This document shows, one piece after another, positions 27,613 to 38,448 of a stretch of DNA of 47,980 bases. Position 1 is the first letter of the stretch; each line of letters starts with the position of its first letter. The notes under the pieces were generated by a model. It was not told where the DNA came from, searched no databases, and was given only the letters and a program-made list of their open reading frames with translations. Both the position numbers and the translations under genes were made by a program. The stretch is from a virus (lineage: Duplodnaviria; Heunggongvirae; Uroviricota; Caudoviricetes): positions 1 to 47,980 of IMG/VR virus record IMGVR_UViG_2565956724_000008; one strand, given 5' to 3'.

Positions 27613-28244
27613 AGAGGACTCCCGGTTGTGCCGCCGCTGTCGCCGGGGTGTTTATGGGTATGCAGTACCTTACCGTTTGATGAGAGTTCACCGCCGGTGT
27701 GTTCAATGTTGCCGCGCATCGTCCCGCCCTTCTGCACTTCCAGCGTGTCGGTAATCAGCCTGTTGGTGCAGACCACCTCCGGTGCGTCCATGGTGATGCG
27801 GGTTGATGCTTTCACCATGACCACCGGCACCGTGGCAGTAACAGAATCAGAAGCCGTCACGCTGGCCGTTTTAATTCCGCTTACCATGAGTGCACTGGTT
27901 TCGGGTTCATACTCAATCACCGCCCCGTCAGGGAAACGGATATACAGGGCATCCGCCGACGCAGACGGCGCGGGGTTATCACCGGAATAAATCCCCGGCA
28001 GAACAAACGCCGTGTCAAGTTCACCGCCCACGGCCAGAATCAGCACCTGTTCCCCCACGGAAGGTGCCCACCATGTACGCGAACGCCCGGCACGATGGGT
28101 CAACCACTGAAGCCAGTCGGTGCACATGCCGCCGGTCTGCACACGGCAGCGACCGGCGTTAAGGTCGGTTTCGACGATAACGCCGGTGCGAATCATATTG
28201 CGCAGTGCGCGCGCGAGTTCCTGAATATTTGCGAGAGTGTTCAT
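27609..28244 (-). CDS. V: baseplate spike/assembly protein V (mirror copy)
   Basis: Mirror of 19737..20372. Confidence 0.85.
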   Translation of the reverse strand: MNTLANIQELARALRNMIRTGVIVETDLNAGRCRVQTGGMCTDWLQWLTHRAGRSRTWWAPSVGEQVLILAVGGELDTAFVLPGIYSGDNPAPSASADALYIRFPDGAVIEYEPETSALMVSGIKTASVTASDSVTATVPVVMVKASTRITMDAPEVVCTNRLITDTLEVQKGGTMRGNIEHTGGELSSNGKVLHTHKHPGDSGGTTGSPL

Positions 28245-28321
28245 AACGGGAAGGATGCCGCTGGACGATACCAGCAGCAATCATGGAGGGTTCTGTCAGC
28301 TGTGACACAACATAACAAATA

Positions 28322-29077
28322 TTAGTTGTAGCACTTCTCTATAATCTTCATACACTCCTCATGAGCTAAATCATGGCTGTCAAATTCTTTATTAAAAAAG
28401 AAGAAAAACGCCTTCTTAACCTGAGGAATTTCAATAAAAATAAATTCATCAACCTTATGAAAGAAATGAAAACTCTTGTTTGATGTTTCAAAAACCATCA
28501 AAGAATTATGTTTTTTATCCTTCCATTTCGACATCAGATTGCGTCGCGATTTTCGTATAATCCTGAAGACATCCCCCGGCGTCGTATCGACATTCCCCCA
28601 AAACATTGCAACCGGGAAGTTTGCAAGAAACGGGATATAATCACCACCTTTATACCTGAGAAAGCGGTTCCGCAAATCCATTAATTGCAACTTAAAACCC
28701 ATGTATTGCAACCACCATATGATGCAATCATACTCATAATCTGTTAACTCCTCCCCTCTCTTTTCCGTAAGAAATTTCTTCAGGTTATACTCAAACACTC
28801 CCAGCAAATCAGAATTGCACACTCTGCATGCTGGTACAGTGGCTTTAATGTAATGAGTTGACTGATTATTCTTTTTATTAATTAAAGATTTTTCAGCATT
28901 TGACTCAAAGGCCCACTGAGGAATAATGTGCTCACGAGTAATATCGTCAGAACTCCCGCATAACACACATATATCAGCATTATGGTCAGCAATAATACAA
29001 TCCATAACTTTCTTTTGAGAATGCTTTACTCTTTTTCTCAAAATGGAAAACTTTTTATCCACAAACACCCGTCTCAT
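28322..29077 (-). CDS. HNH-motif AT-rich cargo protein (mirror copy)
   Basis: Mirror of 18904..19659; identical translation. Confidence 0.6.
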   Translation of the reverse strand: MRRVFVDKKFSILRKRVKHSQKKVMDCIIADHNADICVLCGSSDDITREHIIPQWAFESNAEKSLINKKNNQSTHYIKATVPACRVCNSDLLGVFEYNLKKFLTEKRGEELTDYEYDCIIWWLQYMGFKLQLMDLRNRFLRYKGGDYIPFLANFPVAMFWGNVDTTPGDVFRIIRKSRRNLMSKWKDKKHNSLMVFETSNKSFHFFHKVDEFIFIEIPQVKKAFFFFFNKEFDSHDLAHEECMKIIEKCYN

Positions 29078-29532
29078 ATAACATCTTTCGATAGAATCAC
29101 TAATAACTCCCTTTCTATCAATTGTATAGATTCCTTGTCAAAACCAAATAACTCACGAACAGGATATTCCACCACAGCACTATTACGCCCCGGCTTATCC
29201 CTAAGCCCTAATTGATGTACTCGCGCAATTCGTTGTACTCCGCTGGCAAACGCCACCACCGCCGCACTCTCGCTACCTGTTGCTTTCATAAACCGGTTAG
29301 TGCGTAATTTCACAAACATTTCCCGCTTTATCCGGCCTTTCTTATTTCGTACTGGTTGGTTTTTTCTCGGTACATACGGCGTACCATCCGGGGCTTTTTG
29401 TAATTTAATTCGCTGCTGCTGGCGCTGGCGCAGCTTCTTCGCAATATCTACCGCCAGTCGCCGACGCCCTGACGGTGACAGCGACTCAATCAGTCCGGTC
29501 AGCCGGTCTTCAAAACGCTTAAACTCATTCAT
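29074..29532 (-). CDS. S: tail completion protein S (mirror copy)
   Basis: Mirror of 18449..18907. Confidence 0.8.
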   Translation of the reverse strand: MNEFKRFEDRLTGLIESLSPSGRRRLAVDIAKKLRQRQQQRIKLQKAPDGTPYVPRKNQPVRNKKGRIKREMFVKLRTNRFMKATGSESAAVVAFASGVQRIARVHQLGLRDKPGRNSAVVEYPVRELFGFDKESIQLIERELLVILSKDVI

Positions 29533-29992
29533 CCCACTTGCTCACCAGTTCGCCATTGATATACAGCTCCACCGGGCGGGTGACCGGCTCCGGCGGCGGA
29601 GGTTCCGGGATATTCTTCACATGCAGCGCGCCGTCCACCTCACTGACCAGCGTGCGCTCGGTCAGCATCAGGCTGATGCTGATATCAAAGCTGCTGTCAT
29701 TGTTGATGTCCGCATAAAACGTGAAGCCCTTTTTCTGGCCTTCATCGGTGGTCATGATGTCGGGCTGATTTTCCCGCAGCCACGCCAGCACCGGCACGAT
29801 GAGCAGGTCAAAATCACCGGTAAAGTCGGTCACAATCACATTGAGCGTGTAACGCTTTTCGAATGACAACGACGTCGCCAGCGTGGAGGCAATACTCCCG
29901 TTATCCACGAATATCCGCAGCATCTCGGGACTGGTTTTCAGCACCGTGACGGCATCAGTCAGCGCCCTGCGCAGGCTGTCGGGTTTGAGCAT
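29525..29992 (-). CDS. R: tail completion protein R (mirror copy)
   Basis: Mirror of 17989..18456. Confidence 0.8.
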   Translation of the reverse strand: MLKPDSLRRALTDAVTVLKTSPEMLRIFVDNGSIASTLATSLSFEKRYTLNVIVTDFTGDFDLLIVPVLAWLRENQPDIMTTDEGQKKGFTFYADINNDSSFDISISLMLTERTLVSEVDGALHVKNIPEPPPPEPVTRPVELYINGELVSKWDE

Positions 29993-30245
29993 CGTTTTCG
30001 TCCTGACAGTGTTTAATCATTTTTACCTGGCTGGCACAGCGTGCCAGCGCGTTCTCAAGCTGTCGGATATCGGCACTTAAATCGCCGTTCGTCTCCGGGT
30101 CACTGCCCGGCATCGGGCAAAGGCTCACTTTCGGGCAGGCGTTGGCGACAATCACTGGCGTCGGTGCAGGCCGGGCGCTGGTGCAACCGGCGCACAGCAT
30201 CAGGCAGGCCAGCGCCGTACCAGCGGCGAAAATCTTCGTTTTCAT
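29955..30245 (-). CDS. lysC: o-spanin LysC (mirror copy)
   Basis: Mirror of 17736..18026. Confidence 0.7.
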   Translation of the reverse strand: MKTKIFAAGTALACLMLCAGCTSARPAPTPVIVANACPKVSLCPMPGSDPETNGDLSADIRQLENALARCASQVKMIKHCQDENDAQTRQPAQGAD

Positions 30246-30525
30246 TCAGTAACCTCGTGATGGTTTTCTCGCGCTGTGCTTCACGCTTCGCCGCGTTCTC
30301 CAGTTCCTGACGCAGTGCCACCTGCGCCAGCTCGTTTTTGTCTGCCCTGGTGATGGCAACATGAAGCTGATTTTTCAGCATGGTGATGGTCGTCTGCTGT
30401 TCACTGGCGACGTTATTCGCCCTGTCCAGCGAGGCGCGCAGGCTGGCATTTTTGTGTTTCACCAGAAACAGACCGGTCACCGCCAGCGATAACAACACGA
30501 CCAGCACAATCATCAGCTTTGACAT
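30100..30525 (-). CDS. lysB: i-spanin LysB (mirror copy)
   Basis: Mirror of 17456..17881. Confidence 0.75.
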   Translation of the reverse strand: MSKLMIVLVVLLSLAVTGLFLVKHKNASLRASLDRANNVASEQQTTITMLKNQLHVAITRADKNELAQVALRQELENAAKREAQREKTITRLLNENEDFRRWYGAGLPDAVRRLHQRPACTDASDCRQRLPESEPLPDAGQ

Positions 30526-30938
30526 AGTTCCCGCCCCTCAAGACGCTGACGACAGGCTTTACGTATCAGCCGGAAAAACAGCGACGCCACAAGATAAATC
30601 AGCGCGGTAAAAATCCACCCGGCAGCGACCAGCGAGATAAACGTCGCCACCATCACTACCAGAGCCGCCGCCCGCCTGCGCCACGGCACCGGCTGCAAAA
30701 ACAGCGACGTGACAATCTTCACGGCCAGCGATTCCGGTGGCAGCTCCCGCCCGTAGCGTTCCAGCACATACTCAGTGGCATACACGCCGACACCACCGGC
30801 AACCACACAGATAACCGTCGCCAGAATCGCCCAGGCGGCGACAAAATTGACGGCCACGCTCTGCGGGTAAATCAGGGACAGTGCCAGCATCAGCGCCAGC
30901 GACACATTCAGCATCAGTGAAAGGGATAATTTCTTCAT
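30513..30938 (-). CDS. lysA: LysA membrane protein (mirror copy)
   Basis: Mirror of 17043..17468. Confidence 0.75.
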   Translation of the reverse strand: MKKLSLSLMLNVSLALMLALSLIYPQSVAVNFVAAWAILATVICVVAGGVGVYATEYVLERYGRELPPESLAVKIVTSLFLQPVPWRRRAAALVVMVATFISLVAAGWIFTALIYLVASLFFRLIRKACRQRLEGRELCQS

Positions 30939-30952
30939 GGTGTTTACTCCGT

Positions 30953-31450
30953 TTAAGCTGGTACACCGCCGGCGGTACGCCAGACGGTGACCAGTTTTTC
31001 CAGTGAATGCTCACGCTGACCGTAACCGGCACCCGGCAGGGACGCCCAGATATTGCGACAGCGTGAAATAGCGCGCTCAATGCGTCCCGCCCGGATGTCA
31101 TCCAGTGCACCGCGTTCGCGGATCAACTGAATGGCGAGCCTGTCCTGTGACAACGGACTGAAATCCGGCAGGGCAAGCTGTTTGCGGTAGTGCGGCCAGA
31201 ACAGGTAAAGCTGCTGATAGCGACCGGAGGCCGTGGATTTTTCACCGCGACGGTTAAACACCTTCGCCGGTCGGCCATGCGCGAACGGGTGGTCACTGTA
31301 GTCAGTGAAAATTTCCGGCTTCCCGTCCAGTCCGGTGACTATCACGTCATAGCCCCGGTTTTTCGTCAGCGGATGATTCGCCGTCCCTTCGGACACGGCC
31401 AGCATGTCGAGAAAGGCCGCGATATTCTGATGCGTGTTAATTACCGGCAT
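30953..31450 (-). CDS. K: endolysin K (mirror copy)
   Basis: Mirror of 16531..17028. Confidence 0.8.
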   Translation of the reverse strand: MPVINTHQNIAAFLDMLAVSEGTANHPLTKNRGYDVIVTGLDGKPEIFTDYSDHPFAHGRPAKVFNRRGEKSTASGRYQQLYLFWPHYRKQLALPDFSPLSQDRLAIQLIRERGALDDIRAGRIERAISRCRNIWASLPGAGYGQREHSLEKLVTVWRTAGGVPA

Positions 31451-31731
31451 TACTGTTTCCCCCTGCCCTTAAAACGGCGCTGAATGGCAATCTCAATCAC
31501 CTGATAACCGGCGATACCCAGCATGGAGCCGATACCGCACACCGCAGGCAGTGACAGGTCAGGAAACTGCACCAGAACAACACCGGCAACCATCGAGACA
31601 AAACCACCGAGCAACATGCGCCCGATAAACAGACGCGGGGTGATGGGTTCACCACCGGCAAGCACCTTGCCGACAACAATCAGCACCCCAATCATGAAAA
31701 GCGACAGGACGCTTTTTTCTTCTGCTGTCAT
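31450..31731 (-). CDS. Y: holin Y (mirror copy)
   Basis: Mirror of 16250..16531. Confidence 0.8.
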   Translation of the reverse strand: MTAEEKSVLSLFMIGVLIVVGKVLAGGEPITPRLFIGRMLLGGFVSMVAGVVLVQFPDLSLPAVCGIGSMLGIAGYQVIEIAIQRRFKGRGKQ

Positions 31732-31734
31732 GCG

Positions 31735-31938
31735 TTACTCCCACAGATTGACAGTTTCAGCCACGGGCGCGGTCTGAACGTCGGGCAGTTCGACGGCGGT
31801 GCCGTGCGGCAACACCGCACCCAGTTCAGCCAGTCCCGGATTTGCGGCGAGCACGGTCTCAACCACGCCCTCAGTGCGCCCGTAATACCGGACACAAATG
31901 GCGTCGAGCGTGTCGCCCTGTAGCGCAAAGGTCTTCAT
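31735..31938 (-). CDS. X: tail protein X (mirror copy)
   Basis: Mirror of 16043..16246. Confidence 0.8.
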   Translation of the reverse strand: MKTFALQGDTLDAICVRYYGRTEGVVETVLAANPGLAELGAVLPHGTAVELPDVQTAPVAETVNLWE

Positions 31939-32447
31939 CAGATTTGACTCACGATGCAGCGCGGCTTGCCCTGGATGCGCGCCACTGCCCAGCGCATATC
32001 CCGCCACAGCTCATCAATGGTGCTGTCAATGCTGTCGGCCTTCTTGTCGCCTTTTGCACTGGCATCCACACCGCGATAACGTTCATAAAGCGACGCGGTC
32101 GCCATCGCACACACGGCGCGCTCGTAGTAAAAAACTTTGATGCTTTCACCGTCGATGTCGTCCGCCGGGACGTCCGCCAGACGCGTAAAACCGGCGGCAA
32201 TTTTCTGTTCGCGGTACTCGTACAGCTCCGCATTCGTCTCCGCCATGCCTGACTTGATGGCCTCACGCAGACGGGCGGGGGCGACGGTCTGCTCAAGGCG
32301 CATACGTTCCCGGACGCGCTTCGGGTCGATATCGGGAAAAAAGAACGTGTTTTTAATCACCGGCTCGTCGCCTGCCGGTTGCGGGATGACCACCGTACCC
32401 TCACCGGACACGGGAGCCTCCTTTCGCGGAATAATCAGCGTCATCAT
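31938..32447 (-). CDS. L: head completion protein L (mirror copy)
   Basis: Mirror of 15534..16043. Confidence 0.8.
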   Translation of the reverse strand: MMTLIIPRKEAPVSGEGTVVIPQPAGDEPVIKNTFFFPDIDPKRVRERMRLEQTVAPARLREAIKSGMAETNAELYEYREQKIAAGFTRLADVPADDIDGESIKVFYYERAVCAMATASLYERYRGVDASAKGDKKADSIDSTIDELWRDMRWAVARIQGKPRCIVSQI

Positions 32448-32546
32448 GACTACCTCTGAAAAGTCGGGCGGTGGACGCCGGTGCAGTGTCAGGTGATTCA
32501 CCCTCACTGACCGGCGTGCCGCCCTGGCGCGGGGCGCATTCGGTTG

Positions 32547-33290
32547 TTAACTGGCTTTCTTTTTCGGGCGTCCACGTTTTGCCGGTGTCACGCTCCGGAT
32601 CTTACGCGGGGCGCGGGTGGCCGCTTTGGGCTGCGGCTCCGGCTTCGGTTTCAGCTCCCGCTCCAGTCGTTCAATCTCTTTTTTGACGCCTGCCTGACAG
32701 TCGAGCTGTGTCGCACGTTGCAGGTGAGCCAGCGCACCGGCGGCATCACCACCGTCACGCAGAAACAGACCGGTGATTTTGTGCAGCTTTGCGCGCACTT
32801 CATCAGGCATGTCAGCCGTGGCGGTCAGTTCAAGGGTCTCCGTCAGCAGGCGGGTATCCACAGACTCACCGGCAGCGTGAGCGCGCATGGCCGCGAGCGC
32901 TACCTCCTCGGTGAACATGTACGGCGGGGTACGGCGGTGTTTACCCGGCATGGTCAGACCGTACTTCAGGGCATAACGGGCAATCTCCAGCGCACCGGCA
33001 ATATCGCCGGTATCCAGACGCCACAGCATGACCGTCATCAGAATGTCATCCTGTGCACCTTTGCCCTGCTCCAGCACGCCGTTCACCCACGGCAACCAGA
33101 ACGGCAGCAGTTCGCGTTTTTTCGCGGCCTTCAGCTCTTTTGAATAAATCGCTTTCAGTGTGCGCTGGTCTGCGGCGAGCTTAACCAGCATCTGCTCATA
33201 GACAGTTGCATGTCGCAGCGGGGCGGCTTCCCGCTGCGCGGTCATCGCTGCCGAGACCCGCATCATGTGGCGCTGTGCGGGACTCGTCAT
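32547..33290 (-). CDS. M: terminase small subunit M (mirror copy)
   Basis: Mirror of 14691..15434. Confidence 0.85.
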   Translation of the reverse strand: MTSPAQRHMMRVSAAMTAQREAAPLRHATVYEQMLVKLAADQRTLKAIYSKELKAAKKRELLPFWLPWVNGVLEQGKGAQDDILMTVMLWRLDTGDIAGALEIARYALKYGLTMPGKHRRTPPYMFTEEVALAAMRAHAAGESVDTRLLTETLELTATADMPDEVRAKLHKITGLFLRDGGDAAGALAHLQRATQLDCQAGVKKEIERLERELKPKPEPQPKAATRAPRKIRSVTPAKRGRPKKKAS

Positions 33291-33293
33291 CGG

Positions 33294-34367
33294 TTACGCT
33301 CCCGGCTCTGCGGTCGCTTTAGCCAGTGTGGAGAAATCACCGACCTTAATTTTTTCCACCAGACAACCGGCGGCGTAGTCTTCCACCACGTAATCAATGT
33401 TCATTGACTCGTAGTTCTCCACGCGGTCGAGTTTCGGGTTTTCCTCAATCACGCGGCGATGGCTGTCATCCATGTAGTAGATGGACAGGTTTTCCAGCTT
33501 TGTGATGAGCATCGCATCCGCCGGAAAGTACGGGACGCGTACCGCCGGCAGGTTACCGATGCGTTTCTGGCTGATGATGACGTCAGCGGCCAGCATTTCG
33601 CTGTTGTCCTGCTCCTTGTTGACGATGGGAAAATACTTGTCCGCCAGTAGCTGACGTCCCACAACCACCACAAGGTCAGGGTCTTCCTGATACCACGGCT
33701 CAATCAGGTTGTTGGTCGCATCCATCACCAGTGCGTCAAGGCTGGCATAATCACCGCCCTTACCCACGCGGATAACCTCAGAGGTGGTGTGCCCTTCCTC
33801 GTCAGTGACCTTGCTCATCACGCGCGCCGGGGCTTCATTGCGGTATTTCTGCAGCCAGCCGACCGCCACATCCTGCAGCATCGGATTGCTGCTGCGGTCA
33901 GAGGTTTCGGCACGCCTCACGCCGTTAAAACCGGCCATGATTAAATCAAGGGACTGGCGTTTGATAATGGCGTTACGGACACGGAGCTGGAAATCCTGAT
34001 AACGCGCCCACAGGTCCAGCGTTTTGTAGCGGATATAAAAATCGAAGTTAATCTGGTCGCATTCGTACTTGTTTGACGCCAGCTTCGAGAAGTCCTTCGG
34101 CTGACGCTCGGTGCCACCGGCGGTGTCGGTGGTGCTGGCGATGGAGCCGGTGACACCGATGCCAATTTTTTCCCCTTTCATTTCGCTGACCGGCACAATG
34201 TTGATGCGGGTCAGAAAGTCAGAGGACTCCTGCATGGTGTTCATCAGGGTCTGGGTGACCGACGGTTCAACGGTGAATTTTTTCGACACATCACCGGCGT
34301 CGATGCCGTTCAGTTCGGCAACACGGGACAGGTAGGCATTAAATTTAAAGCGGGTTTCCTGGCGCAT
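33294..34367 (-). CDS. N: major capsid protein N (mirror copy)
   Basis: Mirror of 13614..14687. Confidence 0.9.
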   Translation of the reverse strand: MRQETRFKFNAYLSRVAELNGIDAGDVSKKFTVEPSVTQTLMNTMQESSDFLTRINIVPVSEMKGEKIGIGVTGSIASTTDTAGGTERQPKDFSKLASNKYECDQINFDFYIRYKTLDLWARYQDFQLRVRNAIIKRQSLDLIMAGFNGVRRAETSDRSSNPMLQDVAVGWLQKYRNEAPARVMSKVTDEEGHTTSEVIRVGKGGDYASLDALVMDATNNLIEPWYQEDPDLVVVVGRQLLADKYFPIVNKEQDNSEMLAADVIISQKRIGNLPAVRVPYFPADAMLITKLENLSIYYMDDSHRRVIEENPKLDRVENYESMNIDYVVEDYAAGCLVEKIKVGDFSTLAKATAEPGA

Positions 34368-34425
34368 AGTTTTTCCTGAAATTAAGGGTTAATCGTGAAG
34401 GTTTTCCCGGACTGACTGACGCCGG

Positions 34426-35280
34426 TCAGCAGTTCGTCATCAGGGCGTCACCGCCACCACCGGTGGCCTTGCTGCGGCGCTGCTGGGTCAGACTTTCGGT
34501 GTGGTCGAGACTGTTTTTCAGGCGGGTGAATGCCTGGCTGGTTTCATCCGCCCTGTCAGTCACATCCTGCTTAAGTGCGGAAAAAGCGGTTTCCATCTCA
34601 GCGAGGCGCTGCTCAGTGGCGCTCAGTTTTTCCTGCACATGTTCAGCAACAGCGGTCACCGCTTCATGCACGTCATTCAGACGGGCGTCATCGCTGGCCT
34701 GTTTGCGGCCAAAAATGGACTTCACCTTTTCGGTCAGGGCGGTGAACACGGTTTCAGGCAGGTCTTCAAATTCCAGCTCAACGGGCGTTGCCACTGAAAT
34801 CAGGTTTTCAGGGCTTAATTTGAAGCGGTTCAGGGGGTTGTGTTTTGCCGTGCGGCAGAATTCCAGGTATTCCGTGCCGAGGCTTGCCGGGTCATCGGTG
34901 ACGGCCAGACCCACCAGATAACATTTGCCGGTATTGGCAAAGTTCGGCTGAATTTCCATTGAGGTATAGACCTTCTGCGCGGCCTTGTTCATCGCGATAA
35001 GGTCATCGGTCGGGGTGATTTTCGCAAACAGCGCCCATTTGCCTTTCAGCGCCGAATCATCGTCAATCTTTTCGGCCTTCAGTTCGGTCACATCGCCATA
35101 ACGCTTAAAAATACCGTCAGGCAGGATGCCGCGCAGATGTTCCAGGTTAATGCGGCAACCATAGACACGCGGGTCAAAGGTTTCGGCCATTTCCTGAATA
35201 TCCTGCGCACTGATGACACGCCCGTCACAGGTGTCACCCTCAACGCCGATACGAAAGAATTTTGAGACTTTTTTTGCCAT
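34426..35280 (-). CDS. O: capsid scaffolding protein O (mirror copy)
   Basis: Mirror of 12701..13555. Confidence 0.85.
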   Translation of the reverse strand: MAKKVSKFFRIGVEGDTCDGRVISAQDIQEMAETFDPRVYGCRINLEHLRGILPDGIFKRYGDVTELKAEKIDDDSALKGKWALFAKITPTDDLIAMNKAAQKVYTSMEIQPNFANTGKCYLVGLAVTDDPASLGTEYLEFCRTAKHNPLNRFKLSPENLISVATPVELEFEDLPETVFTALTEKVKSIFGRKQASDDARLNDVHEAVTAVAEHVQEKLSATEQRLAEMETAFSALKQDVTDRADETSQAFTRLKNSLDHTESLTQQRRSKATGGGGDALMTNC

Positions 35281-35453
35281 TGTCAGGAGTCCTGAATAGT
35301 GATTAGAGGAGTCACATGTCGGCATCAGTTTCCCGACGATGCGCATCCTCCGCCATCAGTCCCGGATGGCTTATCACTGACACAACAGCACCTTAGCGAA
35401 TCGCGGGGCGCGACTCAGTAGCCTTGCCGTGTATTCATCACGGCGAGGTATTC

Positions 35454-37226
35454 ATGACCATCACCACAGACACCACTCTTTTACACGACCCGCGTCGTCA
35501 GGCGGCGCTGCTGTACTGGCAGGGGTTTTCCGTGCCGCAGATTGCCGCCATGTTGCAGATGAAACGCCCGACGGTGCAGAGCTGGAAACAGCGCGACGGC
35601 TGGGACAGCGTTGCCCCCATCAGCCGTGTCGAAATGAGTCTGGAAGCGCGGCTGACCCAGCTCATCATCAAACCGCAGAAAACCGGCGGTGACTTCAAGG
35701 AAATTGATCTGCTCGGACGCCAGATTGAACGACTGGCACGGGTCAACCGTTACAGTCAGACCGGCAACGAGGCAGACCTTAATCCGAACGTCGCTAACCG
35801 CAACAAAGGCGGGCGTCGCAAACCGAAAAAGAATTTTTTCAGTGACGAGGCCATCGAAAAGCTGGAGCAGATTTTCTTTGAGCAGTCTTTCGACTATCAG
35901 TTGCACTGGTATCGCGCCGGGCTTGAGCACCGCATCCGCGATATCCTGAAATCCCGCCAGATTGGCGCGACGTTTTATTTTTCCCGCGAGGCACTGCTGC
36001 GCGCCCTGAAAACCGGCCATAACCAGATTTTTCTGTCGGCCAGTAAAACGCAGGCGTATGTGTTCCGCGAATACATCATCGCCTTTGCCCGTCTGGTTGA
36101 CGTTGACCTGACCGGTGACCCGATTGTCCTGGGCAATAACGGCGCAAAACTGATTTTTCTCGGCACCAACTCCAACACCGCGCAGAGCCATAACGGCGAC
36201 CTGTACGTCGACGAGATTTTCTGGATCCCGAATTTTCAGGTACTGCGTAAGGTGGCATCAGGTATGGCCTCACAGAGTCACCTGCGCTCGACCTATTTCT
36301 CCACCCCGTCCACGCTGGCGCACGACGCCTACCCGTTCTGGTCAGGTGAACTGTTCAACCGGGGACGCGCCAGCGCCGCCGAACGCGTGGAAATCGACGT
36401 CAGTCATAACGCCCTTGCCGGTGGGCTTCTCTGTGCGGACGGCCAGTGGCGGCAGATTGTCACCATTGAGGACGCCCTGAAAGGTGGCTGCACGCTGTTC
36501 GACATTGAGCAGCTCAAACGTGAAAACAGCGCCGACGATTTTAAAAACCTGTTCATGTGTGAATTTGTTGACGACAAGGCGTCGGTGTTCCCGTTCGAGG
36601 AGCTGCAACGCTGCATGGTCGACACGCTGGAAGAATGGGAAGACTATGCGCCGTTTGCCGCGAATCCGTTCGGCTCCCGCCCAGTATGGATTGGTTACGA
36701 CCCGTCACACCGTGGCGACAGCGCCGGATGCGTGGTGCTGGCACCACCGGTGGTGGCCGGTGGCAAATTCAGAATACTTGAGCGTCACCAGTGGAAAGGC
36801 ATGGACTTTGCCACCCAGGCGGAATCCATCCGCAAACTCACCGAAAAATACAACGTCGAATACATCGGTATTGATGCCACCGGCCTCGGTGTCGGCGTGT
36901 TCCAGCTCGTGCGCTCGTTCTATCCCGCCGCGCGCGACATCCGCTACACGCCGGAAATGAAAACCGCAATGGTGCTCAAGGCAAAAGACGTTATTCGCCG
37001 TGGCTGTCTGGAATATGACGTCAGCGCCACCGACATCACCAGCTCGTTTATGGCTATCCGCAAGACCATGACCAGCAGCGGACGCAGCGCCACCTATGAG
37101 GCCAGCCGCAGCGAGGAAGCCAGCCACGCCGACCTCGCCTGGGCGACCATGCACGCTCTGTTAAATGAGCCACTCACCGCCGGTATCAGCACCCCGCTGA
37201 CATCCACCATTCTGGAGTTTTACTGA
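35454..37226 (+). CDS. P: terminase large subunit P (mirror copy)
   Basis: Mirror of 10755..12527; ATG at 35454 checked in sequence. Confidence 0.85.
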   Translation: MTITTDTTLLHDPRRQAALLYWQGFSVPQIAAMLQMKRPTVQSWKQRDGWDSVAPISRVEMSLEARLTQLIIKPQKTGGDFKEIDLLGRQIERLARVNRYSQTGNEADLNPNVANRNKGGRRKPKKNFFSDEAIEKLEQIFFEQSFDYQLHWYRAGLEHRIRDILKSRQIGATFYFSREALLRALKTGHNQIFLSASKTQAYVFREYIIAFARLVDVDLTGDPIVLGNNGAKLIFLGTNSNTAQSHNGDLYVDEIFWIPNFQVLRKVASGMASQSHLRSTYFSTPSTLAHDAYPFWSGELFNRGRASAAERVEIDVSHNALAGGLLCADGQWRQIVTIEDALKGGCTLFDIEQLKRENSADDFKNLFMCEFVDDKASVFPFEELQRCMVDTLEEWEDYAPFAANPFGSRPVWIGYDPSHRGDSAGCVVLAPPVVAGGKFRILERHQWKGMDFATQAESIRKLTEKYNVEYIGIDATGLGVGVFQLVRSFYPAARDIRYTPEMKTAMVLKAKDVIRRGCLEYDVSATDITSSFMAIRKTMTSSGRSATYEASRSEEASHADLAWATMHALLNEPLTAGISTPLTSTILEFY

Positions 37227-38260
37227 TGAGCAAGAAAAAAGGGAAAACACCGCAACCTGCGGCAAAAAAAATGACTGCCAGCGCCCCGAAAATGGAGGCA
37301 TTCACCTTTGGTGAGCCGGTGCCGGTGCTCGACCGCCGTGACATTCTGGATTACGTCGAATGCATCAGTAACGGCAGATGGTATGAGCCGCCGGTCAGCT
37401 TTACCGGTCTGGCAAAAAGCCTGCGTGCTGCCGTGCATCACAGCTCACCGATTTACGTCAAACGTAATATTCTGGCCTCGACATTTATCCCGCATCCATG
37501 GCTTTCCCAGCAGGATTTCAGCCGCTTTGTGCTGGATTTTCTGGTATTTGGTAATGCATTTCTGGAAAAGCGTTACAGCACCACCGGTAAAGTTATCAGG
37601 CTGGAAACCTCACCGGCAAAATATACCCGCCGTGGTGTGGAAGAGGATGTTTACTGGTGGGTGCCGTCCTTCAACGAGCCGACAGCCTTCGCGCCCGGCT
37701 CCGTGTTTCACCTGCTGGAGCCGGATATTAATCAGGAGCTGTACGGCCTGCCGGAATATCTCAGCGCCCTTAACTCTGCCTGGCTGAATGAGTCGGCCAC
37801 GCTGTTCCGCCGCAAGTATTACGAAAATGGCGCACATGCCGGATACATCATGTACGTCACTGATGCCGTGCAGGATCGCAACGATATCGAAATGCTTCGC
37901 GAAAACATGGTCAAGTCGAAAGGCCGCAACAACTTTAAAAATCTGTTTCTCTATGCCCCGCAGGGGAAAGCCGACGGCATTAAAATTATCCCGCTCAGTG
38001 AAGTGGCAACGAAGGACGATTTTTTTAATATCAAAAAAGCCAGCGCCGCTGACCTGCTGGACGCGCACCGCATCCCCTTTCAGTTGATGGGCGGCAAGCC
38101 GGAGAACGTCGGGTCGCTGGGTGATATTGAGAAAGTGGCAAAGGTCTTTGTCCGCAATGAACTTATCCCGCTACAGGACAGGATCCGCGAGATAAACGGC
38201 TGGCTCGGTCAGGAGGTCATCCGCTTTAAAAACTACTCACTGGACACTGACAACGGCTGA
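37226..38260 (+). CDS. Q: portal protein Q (mirror copy)
   Basis: Mirror of 9721..10755. Confidence 0.9.
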   Translation: MSKKKGKTPQPAAKKMTASAPKMEAFTFGEPVPVLDRRDILDYVECISNGRWYEPPVSFTGLAKSLRAAVHHSSPIYVKRNILASTFIPHPWLSQQDFSRFVLDFLVFGNAFLEKRYSTTGKVIRLETSPAKYTRRGVEEDVYWWVPSFNEPTAFAPGSVFHLLEPDINQELYGLPEYLSALNSAWLNESATLFRRKYYENGAHAGYIMYVTDAVQDRNDIEMLRENMVKSKGRNNFKNLFLYAPQGKADGIKIIPLSEVATKDDFFNIKKASAADLLDAHRIPFQLMGGKPENVGSLGDIEKVAKVFVRNELIPLQDRIREINGWLGQEVIRFKNYSLDTDNG

Positions 38261-38429
38261 ACATCGCCGCCTGCGGGCGGCTTTTTTACAACCCGCCATC
38301 ACGCCCTCACACGCTCACCACCGCACAAAACATCCCACAGACACACCAACGCCCCGGCGAACAATCTAAACGCCATCACGACGCGCTCAGACGCTGAAAA
38401 AATAAAATCAGCACCACCGCCAGCGCGCA

Positions 38430-38448
38430 GTGCTTTCCCCGCCTCGCC
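38430..38448. other. cos cohesive-end site (mirror copy)
   Basis: gtgctttccccgcctcgcc, the reverse complement of the left-arm cos; checked in sequence. Confidence 0.55.
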